NCBI GenBank assembly: GCA_002327885.1
Contig: DCUS01000247.1
Location: forward strand, 21,584 to 74,622
DNA length: 53,039 bases
Source: Syntrophaceae bacterium UBA2208
GTDB lineage: Bacteria > Desulfobacterota > BSN033 > UBA1163
Direction: 5' to 3'
A program made the position numbers and the translations under genes. Shown here one piece after another: positions 18,168-27,247 of this stretch. The first letter of the stretch is position 1; every line of letters starts with the position of its first letter. Below the pieces are notes generated by a model. That model was not told the DNA's origin and made no database searches. It was given only the letters and a program-made list of their open reading frames with translations.

Positions 18168-20084
18168 ATGAAATATTTTGGATACGCAGGCAAAATTCTT
18201 TTTATAGACCTGACTAACAAAAAATGTGAAATAGAACCTCTATATAGTGATGATGCAAGAAAATTAATTGGTGGTTTTGGAGTTAATCAAAAATTGGCTT
18301 ATGATTTGTTAAAACCTAAAACCGATCCCCTTTCCCCAGAAAATCCAATTATCATCGGTTGTGGTTCCTTGATCGGGACACTCACGCCGGGTGCCGGCAA
18401 GATCCAACTTACAACAAAATGTGCCTCTCCAGCAAATCAGGAAGGAACAAAATATTTTGTAGGCACTGGAAGTGGTGGTAGTAATACCTTTGGTCTCATG
18501 CTAAAGAATGCGGGATACGATCACATTGTTATTACCGGGAGATCCGATAGGCCTTGCTATGTTAAAATCATTGATGATGAGGTCGAGGTTTGCGATGCCC
18601 AAGACCTCTGGGGAGGGCCTGATATCTATGAAGTGTCTGATGAGCTGATGAAAAGACACGGCAAATGTGGCGTTTGGCTGATTGGAAAAGCAGGAGAAAA
18701 CTTGGTCAAGTTTGCCCACGGGATTGTTGATAAAAGAAATAGTCTGGGTAGAAATGGCGGAGCCACGGTAGCGGGATCAAAAAACCTCAAAGCAATTGTA
18801 GTGCGTGGAACAAAAGGTATAAACATTTGGGACAGGCATAAGCTTCTTCAACTAAACAGGCGGACCCAACCAAAAAGCAAGGCGCAGAGAGAATATTTTT
18901 GGGAAGCGTTGGAGTATAGCTGGACGCTTGGGAAACAATGGCTTCAGTATTACCCGATAGACTTAGTTAAGGATACGTTAGTGGAGAAACGGGGTTGTAC
19001 GGCTTGCCCCCTTGCTTGCAGGGTGGTCCTTGGAGTTAAGGATGGACCCCTTAAGGGTACACTTCATCAAACATCCCAGGCGATGTATATACCAGTCCTG
19101 GGACGTCGGCTCGAGCTGAAAGATTATCGAGAGACCCTGGCTATCGCTGGCAAGATTAATTCTCTTGGCTTGGACTATACAACTGTCATGGGGATGCTCA
19201 AATTTGTAACTCGCTTGTATGAACGTGGGGTTCTAAGTAAAGCAGATACAGATGGTTTGGAGTTGAAAATGGGAGATTTTTCTTCCTACTCGGCCTTACT
19301 TGAAAAGATTGTAAATAGAGAGGGAATTGGTAATGCGATGGCCGAAGGATGGTTTTCACTATCGAAAGAGGTTGGAGTGAATGCTTGGGAAGATCCTGAT
19401 GGTGATAGCATTGAGAAGGGTGCCAGTACTATGTTTGATGCAAGATTTACCTCTCTTGACCCTACCCGTTTTGTTATTTGCGTCAATCCGAAGGGGGGGC
19501 AGCATTATCATCCGATAACCTATGTTCCTGGACACGCCATCGATGAGGTTAGAAAATGGTGGCTGAAGCAGGGTATACCAGAAGAAAGTATCAATCGAAT
19601 GTTTGATGGACCAGAGTTTAACACGGGGAGATTAACAAAACATCTTGCGGACCAGGAGGCTGCCTTGTTTTGTTTGGGTGTCTGTACAATGACACTCGTT
19701 CACAATGTGCTAACCATGGAAGATTTGGCGGAATATCACACAGCTGTTACCGGGATCCAAACAACAGTTGAAGAGCTAAGGAAGGGAGGTGAGCGGGCAT
19801 GGACACTTGCGAAGGTTATTAACGTCAGAGAAGGATTCACCAGGGAAGATGATAAACTCCCGAAGCTTTGGGAGACACTGATCGACCATCCAATTGAAAC
19901 AAAGAGCAAAGGTTCGATAAGAATGCATGAGGAATATGGCAGGCCTGTCACTCACGAAACCGTGAAAAAAATGTTCGATGATTATTATGATGAGTGCGGC
20001 TGGGATATTAAATCGGGTATTCCTACAAGGGAAAAAGTTTTGAAATTAGGGCTCGGCGAGTGTAGTGATGTGCTACCTAAATAA
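18168..20084 (+). CDS. aldehyde:ferredoxin oxidoreductase (AOR) family tungsto/molybdo-pterin enzyme
   Basis: ATG 18168 follows AAAGGAG; the track's 18087 start overlaps the upstream gene. Typical N-terminus MKYFGYAGKILFIDLT, [4Fe-4S] motif CTACPLAC (CX2CX3C), and C-terminal ...YYDECGWD..SGIPTREKVLKLGL. Confidence 0.9.
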   Translation: MKYFGYAGKILFIDLTNKKCEIEPLYSDDARKLIGGFGVNQKLAYDLLKPKTDPLSPENPIIIGCGSLIGTLTPGAGKIQLTTKCASPANQEGTKYFVGTGSGGSNTFGLMLKNAGYDHIVITGRSDRPCYVKIIDDEVEVCDAQDLWGGPDIYEVSDELMKRHGKCGVWLIGKAGENLVKFAHGIVDKRNSLGRNGGATVAGSKNLKAIVVRGTKGINIWDRHKLLQLNRRTQPKSKAQREYFWEALEYSWTLGKQWLQYYPIDLVKDTLVEKRGCTACPLACRVVLGVKDGPLKGTLHQTSQAMYIPVLGRRLELKDYRETLAIAGKINSLGLDYTTVMGMLKFVTRLYERGVLSKADTDGLELKMGDFSSYSALLEKIVNREGIGNAMAEGWFSLSKEVGVNAWEDPDGDSIEKGASTMFDARFTSLDPTRFVICVNPKGGQHYHPITYVPGHAIDEVRKWWLKQGIPEESINRMFDGPEFNTGRLTKHLADQEAALFCLGVCTMTLVHNVLTMEDLAEYHTAVTGIQTTVEELRKGGERAWTLAKVINVREGFTREDDKLPKLWETLIDHPIETKSKGSIRMHEEYGRPVTHETVKKMFDDYYDECGWDIKSGIPTREKVLKLGLGECSDVLPK

Positions 20085-20206
20085 AAATTTCGAGTTTTTT
20101 CAATGGATTTTATTAATAAAGGCAAAATAAATGTCGATAGAAATTCAGCGTTTCAAAAAGGAATGACAATTCATTTAATAGAAGAGGAAAGAAGGAGGGT
20201 AATGTT

Positions 20207-21295
20207 ATGAAAAAAAATAAATTATACTTGGCAGGTGTTATTTTTATCATTTTCAGCCTTATATGTTTTGGATATGTTGAAAAATCCTTTGCTGAGAAAC
20301 CTATCATTCTTAAATATGCAGCCTATTGGCCGCTGGAATGTCCCAATGGGTTAGTTACGAACTGGTGGATGAATGAGATCGAAAAAAGAACCAATGGAAG
20401 AGTGAAATGGGAGCGATATTGGGCTCAATCTCTAGTAAAAGCTGCTGATGGACTAAAAGCTGTATCATCTGGAATATCCGATGCAAATATTGTTTCAGTA
20501 GGATACGGTCCTTCAGACCTTCCACTATCTACGGCGCTAGAACTGCCACTGATAGTCCCGAAAGGCTCTATATGGGTACATATGAAACTTGCCGAAGAAC
20601 TTTACAATAGTCACCCGGCATTCCAGAAGGAATGGAATAAATTCAACGTTAAGGTCATAGGTTTGAACCCTGTTCCAACAGGGCTAATTATAACTAAAGG
20701 AAAACAGGTCAAAACGTTGGAGGATTTAAAGAACTTGAAGCTTAGATCATATGGGTATATAGGCAGAACACTCAACAAGATGGGCGCAGTAAGCGTTAGC
20801 ATGCCAGCCCCTGAAATGTATACTGCAATTCAACGCGGTACGGTTGACGGCGCACATTTTGTTTTAGCCTCTATCGAGTCATTTAAGTTGCACGAGGTGA
20901 GCAAATATATCACTGTTAATACGGGTCTTGAAGTTTACGCCTGTCTTGTAGACGTTATGAATTTAAAGACGTGGAATAAACTTCCAACTGAGATCCAGAA
21001 GATAATAGAAGACATCAACCGGGAATGGGTTGAGAATGCAACCAGAATATGGATGGAAGAAGAAAAGAAGGCCGTAAAATTTTTAATTGAGAAGGGATTA
21101 ATTTTCTACAAACTCCCAAAGGAAGAAAAAGCTAGATGGGCTGCAGCGTCTAGACCCACAGAATTCTATGATGAATGGATAAAGGAAAAAGCAAAACTGG
21201 GTTTGCCATCTGCAGATTATCTAAATGAAGTTCAAGGGCTAGTAAAGAAATTTGAAGGAATGGATGAATATTACAAGATGCCAAAATTCGATTAG
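20207..21295 (+). CDS. dctP: TRAP transporter substrate-binding protein (DctP family), system 1
   Basis: 362 aa with a signal peptide and GAAGGAGGG RBS. It is followed directly by the small and large TRAP permease genes. Confidence 0.85.
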   Translation: MKKNKLYLAGVIFIIFSLICFGYVEKSFAEKPIILKYAAYWPLECPNGLVTNWWMNEIEKRTNGRVKWERYWAQSLVKAADGLKAVSSGISDANIVSVGYGPSDLPLSTALELPLIVPKGSIWVHMKLAEELYNSHPAFQKEWNKFNVKVIGLNPVPTGLIITKGKQVKTLEDLKNLKLRSYGYIGRTLNKMGAVSVSMPAPEMYTAIQRGTVDGAHFVLASIESFKLHEVSKYITVNTGLEVYACLVDVMNLKTWNKLPTEIQKIIEDINREWVENATRIWMEEEKKAVKFLIEKGLIFYKLPKEEKARWAAASRPTEFYDEWIKEKAKLGLPSADYLNEVQGLVKKFEGMDEYYKMPKFD

Positions 21296-21345
21296 ACTAT
21301 AGGAATCTTTTAACGAATGGGTGTGGCTCAGGCAAGGAGATTAAA

Positions 21346-21882
21346 GTGGGCCTGAAAATTAAAAACAGTGGAGCAAGAAATGATAAATCATTCTTGTTCC
21401 ACTGTTTTAAAAACTTGGGGATAATTGAAACAAGGCTTTCACTTATAGGTATGTTTGGGATATTAGTAAGTGTATTGTTAATCTCTATCGACACGATAAT
21501 GAGGTATATATTTTCTTCACCGATACCTGGCATTGCAGAGATAAGTACCATTCTTTTTGTTGCCGCCATATTTTTAAACTTGGGTTATACACAGTTTCAA
21601 AAAGGACATATCAGGGTGGAATTATTTCTATTAAAAATGCCCAAAAAACTTAAGAAGACAATCGAGGCTTTAATGCTGGTTGTTGCCTTAGCAATTCTTA
21701 TTTTGTTTACTTGGTGTAGTGCGTTAGAGGCTATCTACTCTATCAAAATTAATGAAATGCAATGGGGCGCCATTTTAATTCCGTTATGGCCGGCCAAAAT
21801 AATTCTCCCTATAGGATTATCTGCACTGTGTATTCAGATTATGGTGGATATCTATAAAGTAATTAAAGCAATAGAGGAATAA
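21346..21882 (+). CDS. dctQ: TRAP transporter small permease (DctQ family), system 1
   Basis: Four hydrophobic helices, the ...DTIMRYIF... motif region, and the position between dctP and dctM. The start codon is uncertain. Confidence 0.8.
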   Translation: MGLKIKNSGARNDKSFLFHCFKNLGIIETRLSLIGMFGILVSVLLISIDTIMRYIFSSPIPGIAEISTILFVAAIFLNLGYTQFQKGHIRVELFLLKMPKKLKKTIEALMLVVALAILILFTWCSALEAIYSIKINEMQWGAILIPLWPAKIILPIGLSALCIQIMVDIYKVIKAIEE

Positions 21883-23190
21883 ATGGATCCTGTTGTATTC
21901 ACGATTCTTACGGTAATAATGTTACTTATATTATTAGCTTTGGGGTTGAATATTGCGTTCGCTCTATTGTTTTCAGGGATATTAGGTATCCTCTTCTACA
22001 TGGGGATTGATCAAACGTATAGCGCATTACGGGTGTGGCCATTTAGTTATTGTTACAGCTATTTGCTTGTAGTTGTGCCTTTTTTCATCCTTCTTGGTCA
22101 TCTCGCATTTAGTATTGGCATATCGGGTGGTCTTTATGACTTTGCATACAAATGGGTTGGCCACTTGCCTGGAGGCTTAGCAATGGCTACAGTTGTGGCA
22201 AGCGCCGGATTTGCCGCGGTAACGGGATCAAGTGCAGCTACTGTAGCTACAATCGGAAAGATTGCCATGCCTGAAATGAGGAAATACAGATATCAAAATA
22301 AATTGTCTACGGGAACTATTGCCTCTTCCGGGATGCTTGGCCCTTTAATACCACCTAGCGTTATCTCAGTAGTATATGGATTTGTAACTAGGGAATCAAT
22401 AGGCGCTATGCTCATAGCAGGCATTTTGCCTGGAGTCATTACTGCATTATTATTTATGGTGTCAATTTATATTCGTTGTAAGCTTAATCCATCCCTTTGT
22501 TCTTTGGCTAGTGGGGTAAGATGGACCGAGAGAATTGCCTCGTTGAAAGGAATATGGGGAATGGTTTTGCTTTTCGGGATTGTAATAGGGAGCATATATA
22601 CTGGCGTGGCAACACCAACAGAAGCTGGGGCAATCGGTGCCCTAGCCGCATTTATAATAGCCATTATTATGAGAAGGCTAAAGTGGGGAAATTTAAGACC
22701 AGGGCTATTAGAAGCAGGGCGAGTTATAGCAATGGTCTTCGCCGTTGTTATGGGGGCTTCTGTGTTCGGCCTCTTTTTAAGTTCAACAGGGATACCAATG
22801 CATGTAGCTGAGTGGATTTCCGGAATCCAATTACCTAGGATTTTCATTCTTGTAATCATTCTATTCATATATATACCTCTCGGATGTTTATTAGAACCTA
22901 TTGCGATGATGTTGCTAACTCTACCGATATTATACCCAATAGTAGTTACATCTTTGGGTTACAATGGAATATGGTTTGGTATCTTAGTTGTTAAGACGGT
23001 GGAACTTGGGATGATTACCCCCCCGGTTGGGATAAATGTTTATGTCATGGCTGGCATCGCACCTGAGGTTAAAATGGAAGACATATTCCAGGGGTGCATG
23101 TGGTTCTTTGTTACAGATTGTATTACCATATCAATTTTAATAATGTATCCCGAAATTGTACTCTGTCTGCCTCGTCTCATGTCATTTTGA
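21883..23190 (+). CDS. dctM: TRAP transporter large permease (DctM family), system 1
   Basis: 435 aa polytopic membrane protein. TAAATG junction with dctQ. Paralogue of the gene at 35637-36938. Confidence 0.9.
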   Translation: MDPVVFTILTVIMLLILLALGLNIAFALLFSGILGILFYMGIDQTYSALRVWPFSYCYSYLLVVVPFFILLGHLAFSIGISGGLYDFAYKWVGHLPGGLAMATVVASAGFAAVTGSSAATVATIGKIAMPEMRKYRYQNKLSTGTIASSGMLGPLIPPSVISVVYGFVTRESIGAMLIAGILPGVITALLFMVSIYIRCKLNPSLCSLASGVRWTERIASLKGIWGMVLLFGIVIGSIYTGVATPTEAGAIGALAAFIIAIIMRRLKWGNLRPGLLEAGRVIAMVFAVVMGASVFGLFLSSTGIPMHVAEWISGIQLPRIFILVIILFIYIPLGCLLEPIAMMLLTLPILYPIVVTSLGYNGIWFGILVVKTVELGMITPPVGINVYVMAGIAPEVKMEDIFQGCMWFFVTDCITISILIMYPEIVLCLPRLMSF

Positions 23191-23228
23191 TGGATTTGAA
23201 ATTGAAGATAATGGGGTAACCGAAGGCG

Positions 23229-24767
23229 ATGATGAATATCGGTTATATTCTGAGTAGATGCATATTAGGGGTAGGATCCTATGTCAAGAAAGATAAAATC
23301 GCTTTTGTTTTCCAAAATGAGGAGTATACATACAGAGAACTGAATGAAAAGGCTAATCGAATAGCAAATGCGTTTATAGAGTTAGGGCTCAAAAAGAGGG
23401 ATAGGGTTGCTATCTTTGCTAGAAATTGTACCGGATGGGTATTTGCCTTTTTCGGTATTGCTAAAGCAGGAGGTGTCATAGTTCCCATCAACATCTTTTC
23501 CAAATCACCAGAGATTGGGCATATTCTTAATGATTCAGGGGCTAGTTACTTCATTGTAGATGAAGATTTCATTCCATCGATCGATCTCATCAAAAATCAA
23601 TTTAAAAAAGTAAGGCAGTTTATTAGTTTAGGGCAGGGGGAAGTTCCAGGTTACATTTCTTTAGAAAGATTAATGAAAAGCAACTCTCATGAGCCGATTA
23701 TTGAGGTTGACGTGAATGACACACTTACCATTACTTATACATCAGGCACAACGGGGTTCCCCAAAGGTGCAGTCATCACACATGCCAACAGAATTTGGGG
23801 CTTATACGCCAATATTGATGCCTATGGGATAACAGAAAAAGATATCTACCTCTGTCTTCCTTCTCTTAGCTGGATGGCTGGATTCCATCATAATTTCCTG
23901 GCAACGCTATATCAAGGTGGCACCGTGATACTTATGCCCACGGGCGGCATGGATTTGGGAGAAGTTCTGAGGGTCATTGAGAAAAACAAAATTACCATGG
24001 TATTCATGGTGCCGACGTTGATCAAACAATGGGTGGATCAGCCAGAACTTAGAAAATATGATGTTAGTACATTGCGGATTTTGAGCTCGGGGGCAGAACC
24101 ACTGGCTGACACATTGATCAACAGATTTCATGAATTATATCCCAAAATACCCATCTGTGAGACTTACGGTCTAACAGAAGGGCCCCTATGGGCGCTTGTT
24201 TTAAAAAAAGAATATGCCCTTAAAAAAGCAGGCAGCACGGGGAAACCAGGCCTAAACACTATCATACGCCTTGTAGATGAGAATGGTAATGATGTGGCCA
24301 AAGAAGGATCCCAAGGCGAGATTATCCTCAAAAGCCCTGAGGTGATGCAGGGATATTGGAATAATCCAGAAGCAACGAAAGAAACATTGAGAGATGGTTG
24401 GCTACATACCGGTGATCTCGGCAAATATGACGAAGATGGGTTTGTTTCTATCACAGGACGGAAAAAAGATATGATAATAAGTGGAGCGTTGAATGTATAT
24501 CCCGCTGAGATTGAAAATGTAATATATAAATGCGAAAAAGTGGCCGAGGTTGCAGTTATTGGGGTTCCAGATCCAAAATGGGGTGAGGTGGGTAAGGCGG
24601 TTGTGCGCCTAAAGCCAGGAGAAGAAATAACTGAAAAAGAAATCATTGAACTCTGCAAGGAAAATCTGGCCAACTACAAGGTACCTAAGCACATTAAATT
24701 GACCCAAGTTCCTTTGCCAAGAACTTCTTCCGGAAAGCTACAAAAATGGAAACTGGTTGAAGAGTAA
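23229..24767 (+). CDS. AMP-forming acyl-CoA synthetase/ligase
   Basis: AMP-binding core YTSGTTGFPKGAVITH, ...TYGLTE..., ...GDLGKYDEDGF..ITGRKKD..., and C-terminal ...SSGKLQK. Confidence 0.9.
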   Translation: MMNIGYILSRCILGVGSYVKKDKIAFVFQNEEYTYRELNEKANRIANAFIELGLKKRDRVAIFARNCTGWVFAFFGIAKAGGVIVPINIFSKSPEIGHILNDSGASYFIVDEDFIPSIDLIKNQFKKVRQFISLGQGEVPGYISLERLMKSNSHEPIIEVDVNDTLTITYTSGTTGFPKGAVITHANRIWGLYANIDAYGITEKDIYLCLPSLSWMAGFHHNFLATLYQGGTVILMPTGGMDLGEVLRVIEKNKITMVFMVPTLIKQWVDQPELRKYDVSTLRILSSGAEPLADTLINRFHELYPKIPICETYGLTEGPLWALVLKKEYALKKAGSTGKPGLNTIIRLVDENGNDVAKEGSQGEIILKSPEVMQGYWNNPEATKETLRDGWLHTGDLGKYDEDGFVSITGRKKDMIISGALNVYPAEIENVIYKCEKVAEVAVIGVPDPKWGEVGKAVVRLKPGEEITEKEIIELCKENLANYKVPKHIKLTQVPLPRTSSGKLQKWKLVEE

Positions 24768-24825
24768 AAGGTTGGCCAACCCTCTTAAATATAGACAATT
24801 ATGTATTTGAAAAGGAGTAAGTAAT

Positions 24826-25602
24826 ATGGATTATAAGTTTATTATTGCAGAAATAAAGGAACAATTTGGGATAATCGTTCTTAATCGAACGGACAAACTC
24901 AATGCATTGACAGACGAAGATGTAAAGAAATTGATCAGTGCCTTGCAAGAATTAGAACAATCAAGGGAGGTGAGAGTAGTCATAATAAAAGCGAATGGGA
25001 AAGCCTTCTGTAGCGGTCATGATTTCAATGAGATACTGGCAAAAAAAACAACGGTGGAGCATAGGATGTGGATTGGGGCTGCTAATTTCCAAGAGGTAAT
25101 GCACATGATGACGAAACCTGTAATCGCTGTGGTTCATGGTTATGTGGCAGCCGGTGGCATCTCCATTGTCTCTGCGTGCGATCTTGTGATTGCTTCTGAA
25201 GAAACAAGATTCTCTACTCCCGGTATCAATTTTGGATTAGCATGCATGTTGCCGGCGGCAGAGGCTTCCAAATGGATGTTTAAGAGAAAGGCACTTCAAC
25301 TATTATTAACAGGAGAAAGTATTGATGCTCATACAGCAGAAAGAATAGGGTTAATTAATGAAGTTGTTCCCAGAGAAAAGTTAGATGAGGTGGCATTAGA
25401 CATGGCGAGGAGGATAGCCGAAAAATCTCCTCTTGCGATTAAATTGGCTAAGGAATCCTTTTACACTGCATCTGACATGGAGTTGAACAAGATGATGGTC
25501 TATTTGAGAGATGTCATGGCCATTAATGCCGGCTCTGAGGATGCAAGAGAGGGTATTATGAGTTTTATAGAGAAGAGATCGGCTTATTGGAAAGGGTGCT
25601 GA
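24826..25602 (+). CDS. crotonase-superfamily protein, MenB/BadI-like rather than a canonical hydratase
   Basis: The fold is clear (...GYVAAGGISIVSACDLVIA...). However, the oxyanion segment reads KAFCSGHD and the canonical G-x-P-E segment reads STPGINFG, with no Glu. Confidence 0.8.
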   Translation: MDYKFIIAEIKEQFGIIVLNRTDKLNALTDEDVKKLISALQELEQSREVRVVIIKANGKAFCSGHDFNEILAKKTTVEHRMWIGAANFQEVMHMMTKPVIAVVHGYVAAGGISIVSACDLVIASEETRFSTPGINFGLACMLPAAEASKWMFKRKALQLLLTGESIDAHTAERIGLINEVVPREKLDEVALDMARRIAEKSPLAIKLAKESFYTASDMELNKMMVYLRDVMAINAGSEDAREGIMSFIEKRSAYWKGC

Positions 25603-25628
25603 AGAATTGAATTTTCCAGGAGGTTTCT

Positions 25629-26855
25629 ATGCACGGTCCACTTGATGGCATTAGAATTTTAGATTGGACTCAGTTTCAACTTGGCCCAGTGGCTGGAGAG
25701 ATTCTTGGGGATCTTGGGGCGGAGGTGATTAAGATTGAGCATCCAGTAAGTGGGGACGGTGGTCGCGGAATGATGAGAGTCCTTGGGATACTTACAGGAG
25801 CAAAAGGCGGCAGAAACTATTTTTTTGAGACGTTTAATCGAAATAAGAAGGGGATAACACTTGATCTAAGCCAGCAAAAAGGAAGAGAAATTTTTTACGA
25901 GTTGGTTAAAAAAAGTGATGTCGTATTAGAAAATTTTCGCCCTGGAGTAACCCAAAAGCTTCTTGCCGATTACGAAATAGTGAAAAAGTATAACCCTAAG
26001 ATCATCTATGTAAGTGGGTCAGCCTTCGGGGAAAAGGGGCCCGACAGTCAACTTCCTGGGTTTGATTATTTGGGCCTAGCGAGATCTGGTTCCATGTATG
26101 CCTTTACAGGAGGCCCCCGAGAAATGCCACCAATAGCCCATTTAGGGGGAATCGCAGACCAGCTGGGTGGTACCATGATGGCCTTTGGGGCAATAACAGC
26201 CCTTTATGCGCGTGATCGCTTTGGCATCGGCCAAAAAGTTACAACCTCGCATTTATCCTGTATGATGTGGCTATACCAGAATAGTCTCGCTCAAATGTTG
26301 CAGCAAGGAGTTGAACATGTCAGTTACCCTAGGGAAGAGGCTAACAATCCCCTATGGAATCATTATAAATGTGGCGATGGAAAATGGATTGCTATGGCCC
26401 ACATACAGTCAGACAGACAATGGCCCGCTGTATGCAAGGCAATGGGTATAGAACATCTTGTGGATGATCCTCGATTCAAGAACGCAGATGTTAGAAAGGA
26501 GAATTCGAGGGAGCTCGTCAAGATTTTGGATCAAAAGTTCATTACCCGAAATAGAGATGATTGGATAAATATATTTAGGGGAACAGACAAAGATCTTATC
26601 GTCTGCGAGGTTAATAAGTTTACCGACCTTCTCAATGACCCACAAGTAGTTGCGAACAAATACATCGAGGAGATAGACTACCCTATCCTCGGGAAGATGA
26701 TGGTACAAAGTTTTTGTGTTGAGTGGAGTGAGACTCAACCATCCATAAGAATGCCAGCTCCTGAATTCGGACAGCATACAGAGGAGGTTTTAATGGATCT
26801 TTTGGGGTATACATGGGAGCAGCTTTCTGAATTAAAGGATAAAAAAATAATTTAG
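25629..26855 (+). CDS. family III CoA-transferase (CaiB/BaiF/Frc type)
   Basis: N-terminus GPLDGIRILDWTQFQLGPVAGEILGDLGAEVIKIE, and the catalytic-Asp segment GGIADQLGG. Confidence 0.9.
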   Translation: MHGPLDGIRILDWTQFQLGPVAGEILGDLGAEVIKIEHPVSGDGGRGMMRVLGILTGAKGGRNYFFETFNRNKKGITLDLSQQKGREIFYELVKKSDVVLENFRPGVTQKLLADYEIVKKYNPKIIYVSGSAFGEKGPDSQLPGFDYLGLARSGSMYAFTGGPREMPPIAHLGGIADQLGGTMMAFGAITALYARDRFGIGQKVTTSHLSCMMWLYQNSLAQMLQQGVEHVSYPREEANNPLWNHYKCGDGKWIAMAHIQSDRQWPAVCKAMGIEHLVDDPRFKNADVRKENSRELVKILDQKFITRNRDDWINIFRGTDKDLIVCEVNKFTDLLNDPQVVANKYIEEIDYPILGKMMVQSFCVEWSETQPSIRMPAPEFGQHTEEVLMDLLGYTWEQLSELKDKKII

Positions 26856-27247
26856 GAGCCTAATTCATTAGATAGACTCGTAGAATTTACGATCAAATTA
26901 TCCTATCAAACTTGATATTGCTCATAACAGATTCATTAGTTATTTCGATGGGATTTGATTATACAGGGTTTGGTTTTTAACTCGTAAAGTTAGCAGACCT
27001 GGGAATGATTAGACCACCTATATGTATAGCCGTCTGAGTTATTGGCGGTATGGAATCCAATGCCAAGAAAGAAGATGTATTCTGTGGGGCTGGGACGTTC
27101 TAATTACAATAAAGTTATAAACACGATGCTGGTGAGATTCCCTCAGATTGCTTTATCATTATTGGTTAGAATGATGATCTGGAGAATGGTGGCCCATCTT
27201 GATAAGGGGCAATATATCAAAGACTTTTACGTACAGCAATTATAGAG

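Noticed and set aside
24770-24781. 12-bp perfect palindrome ggttggccaacc just after the ligase stop, as a possible terminator
   Set aside because: It has no loop and no following T-tract, and the next gene starts 45 nt later with its own RBS. It may be a protein-binding site, but a single short palindrome is not enough evidence.
27042-27245. 67-aa TTG-start ORF in the gap upstream of the Mo enzyme
   Set aside because: No RBS, no motif, and it ends 2 nt before the Mo-enzyme ATG. It is more likely untranslated leader. I also looked here for a Moco/tungsten-cofactor riboswitch-like sequence and saw nothing resembling one.
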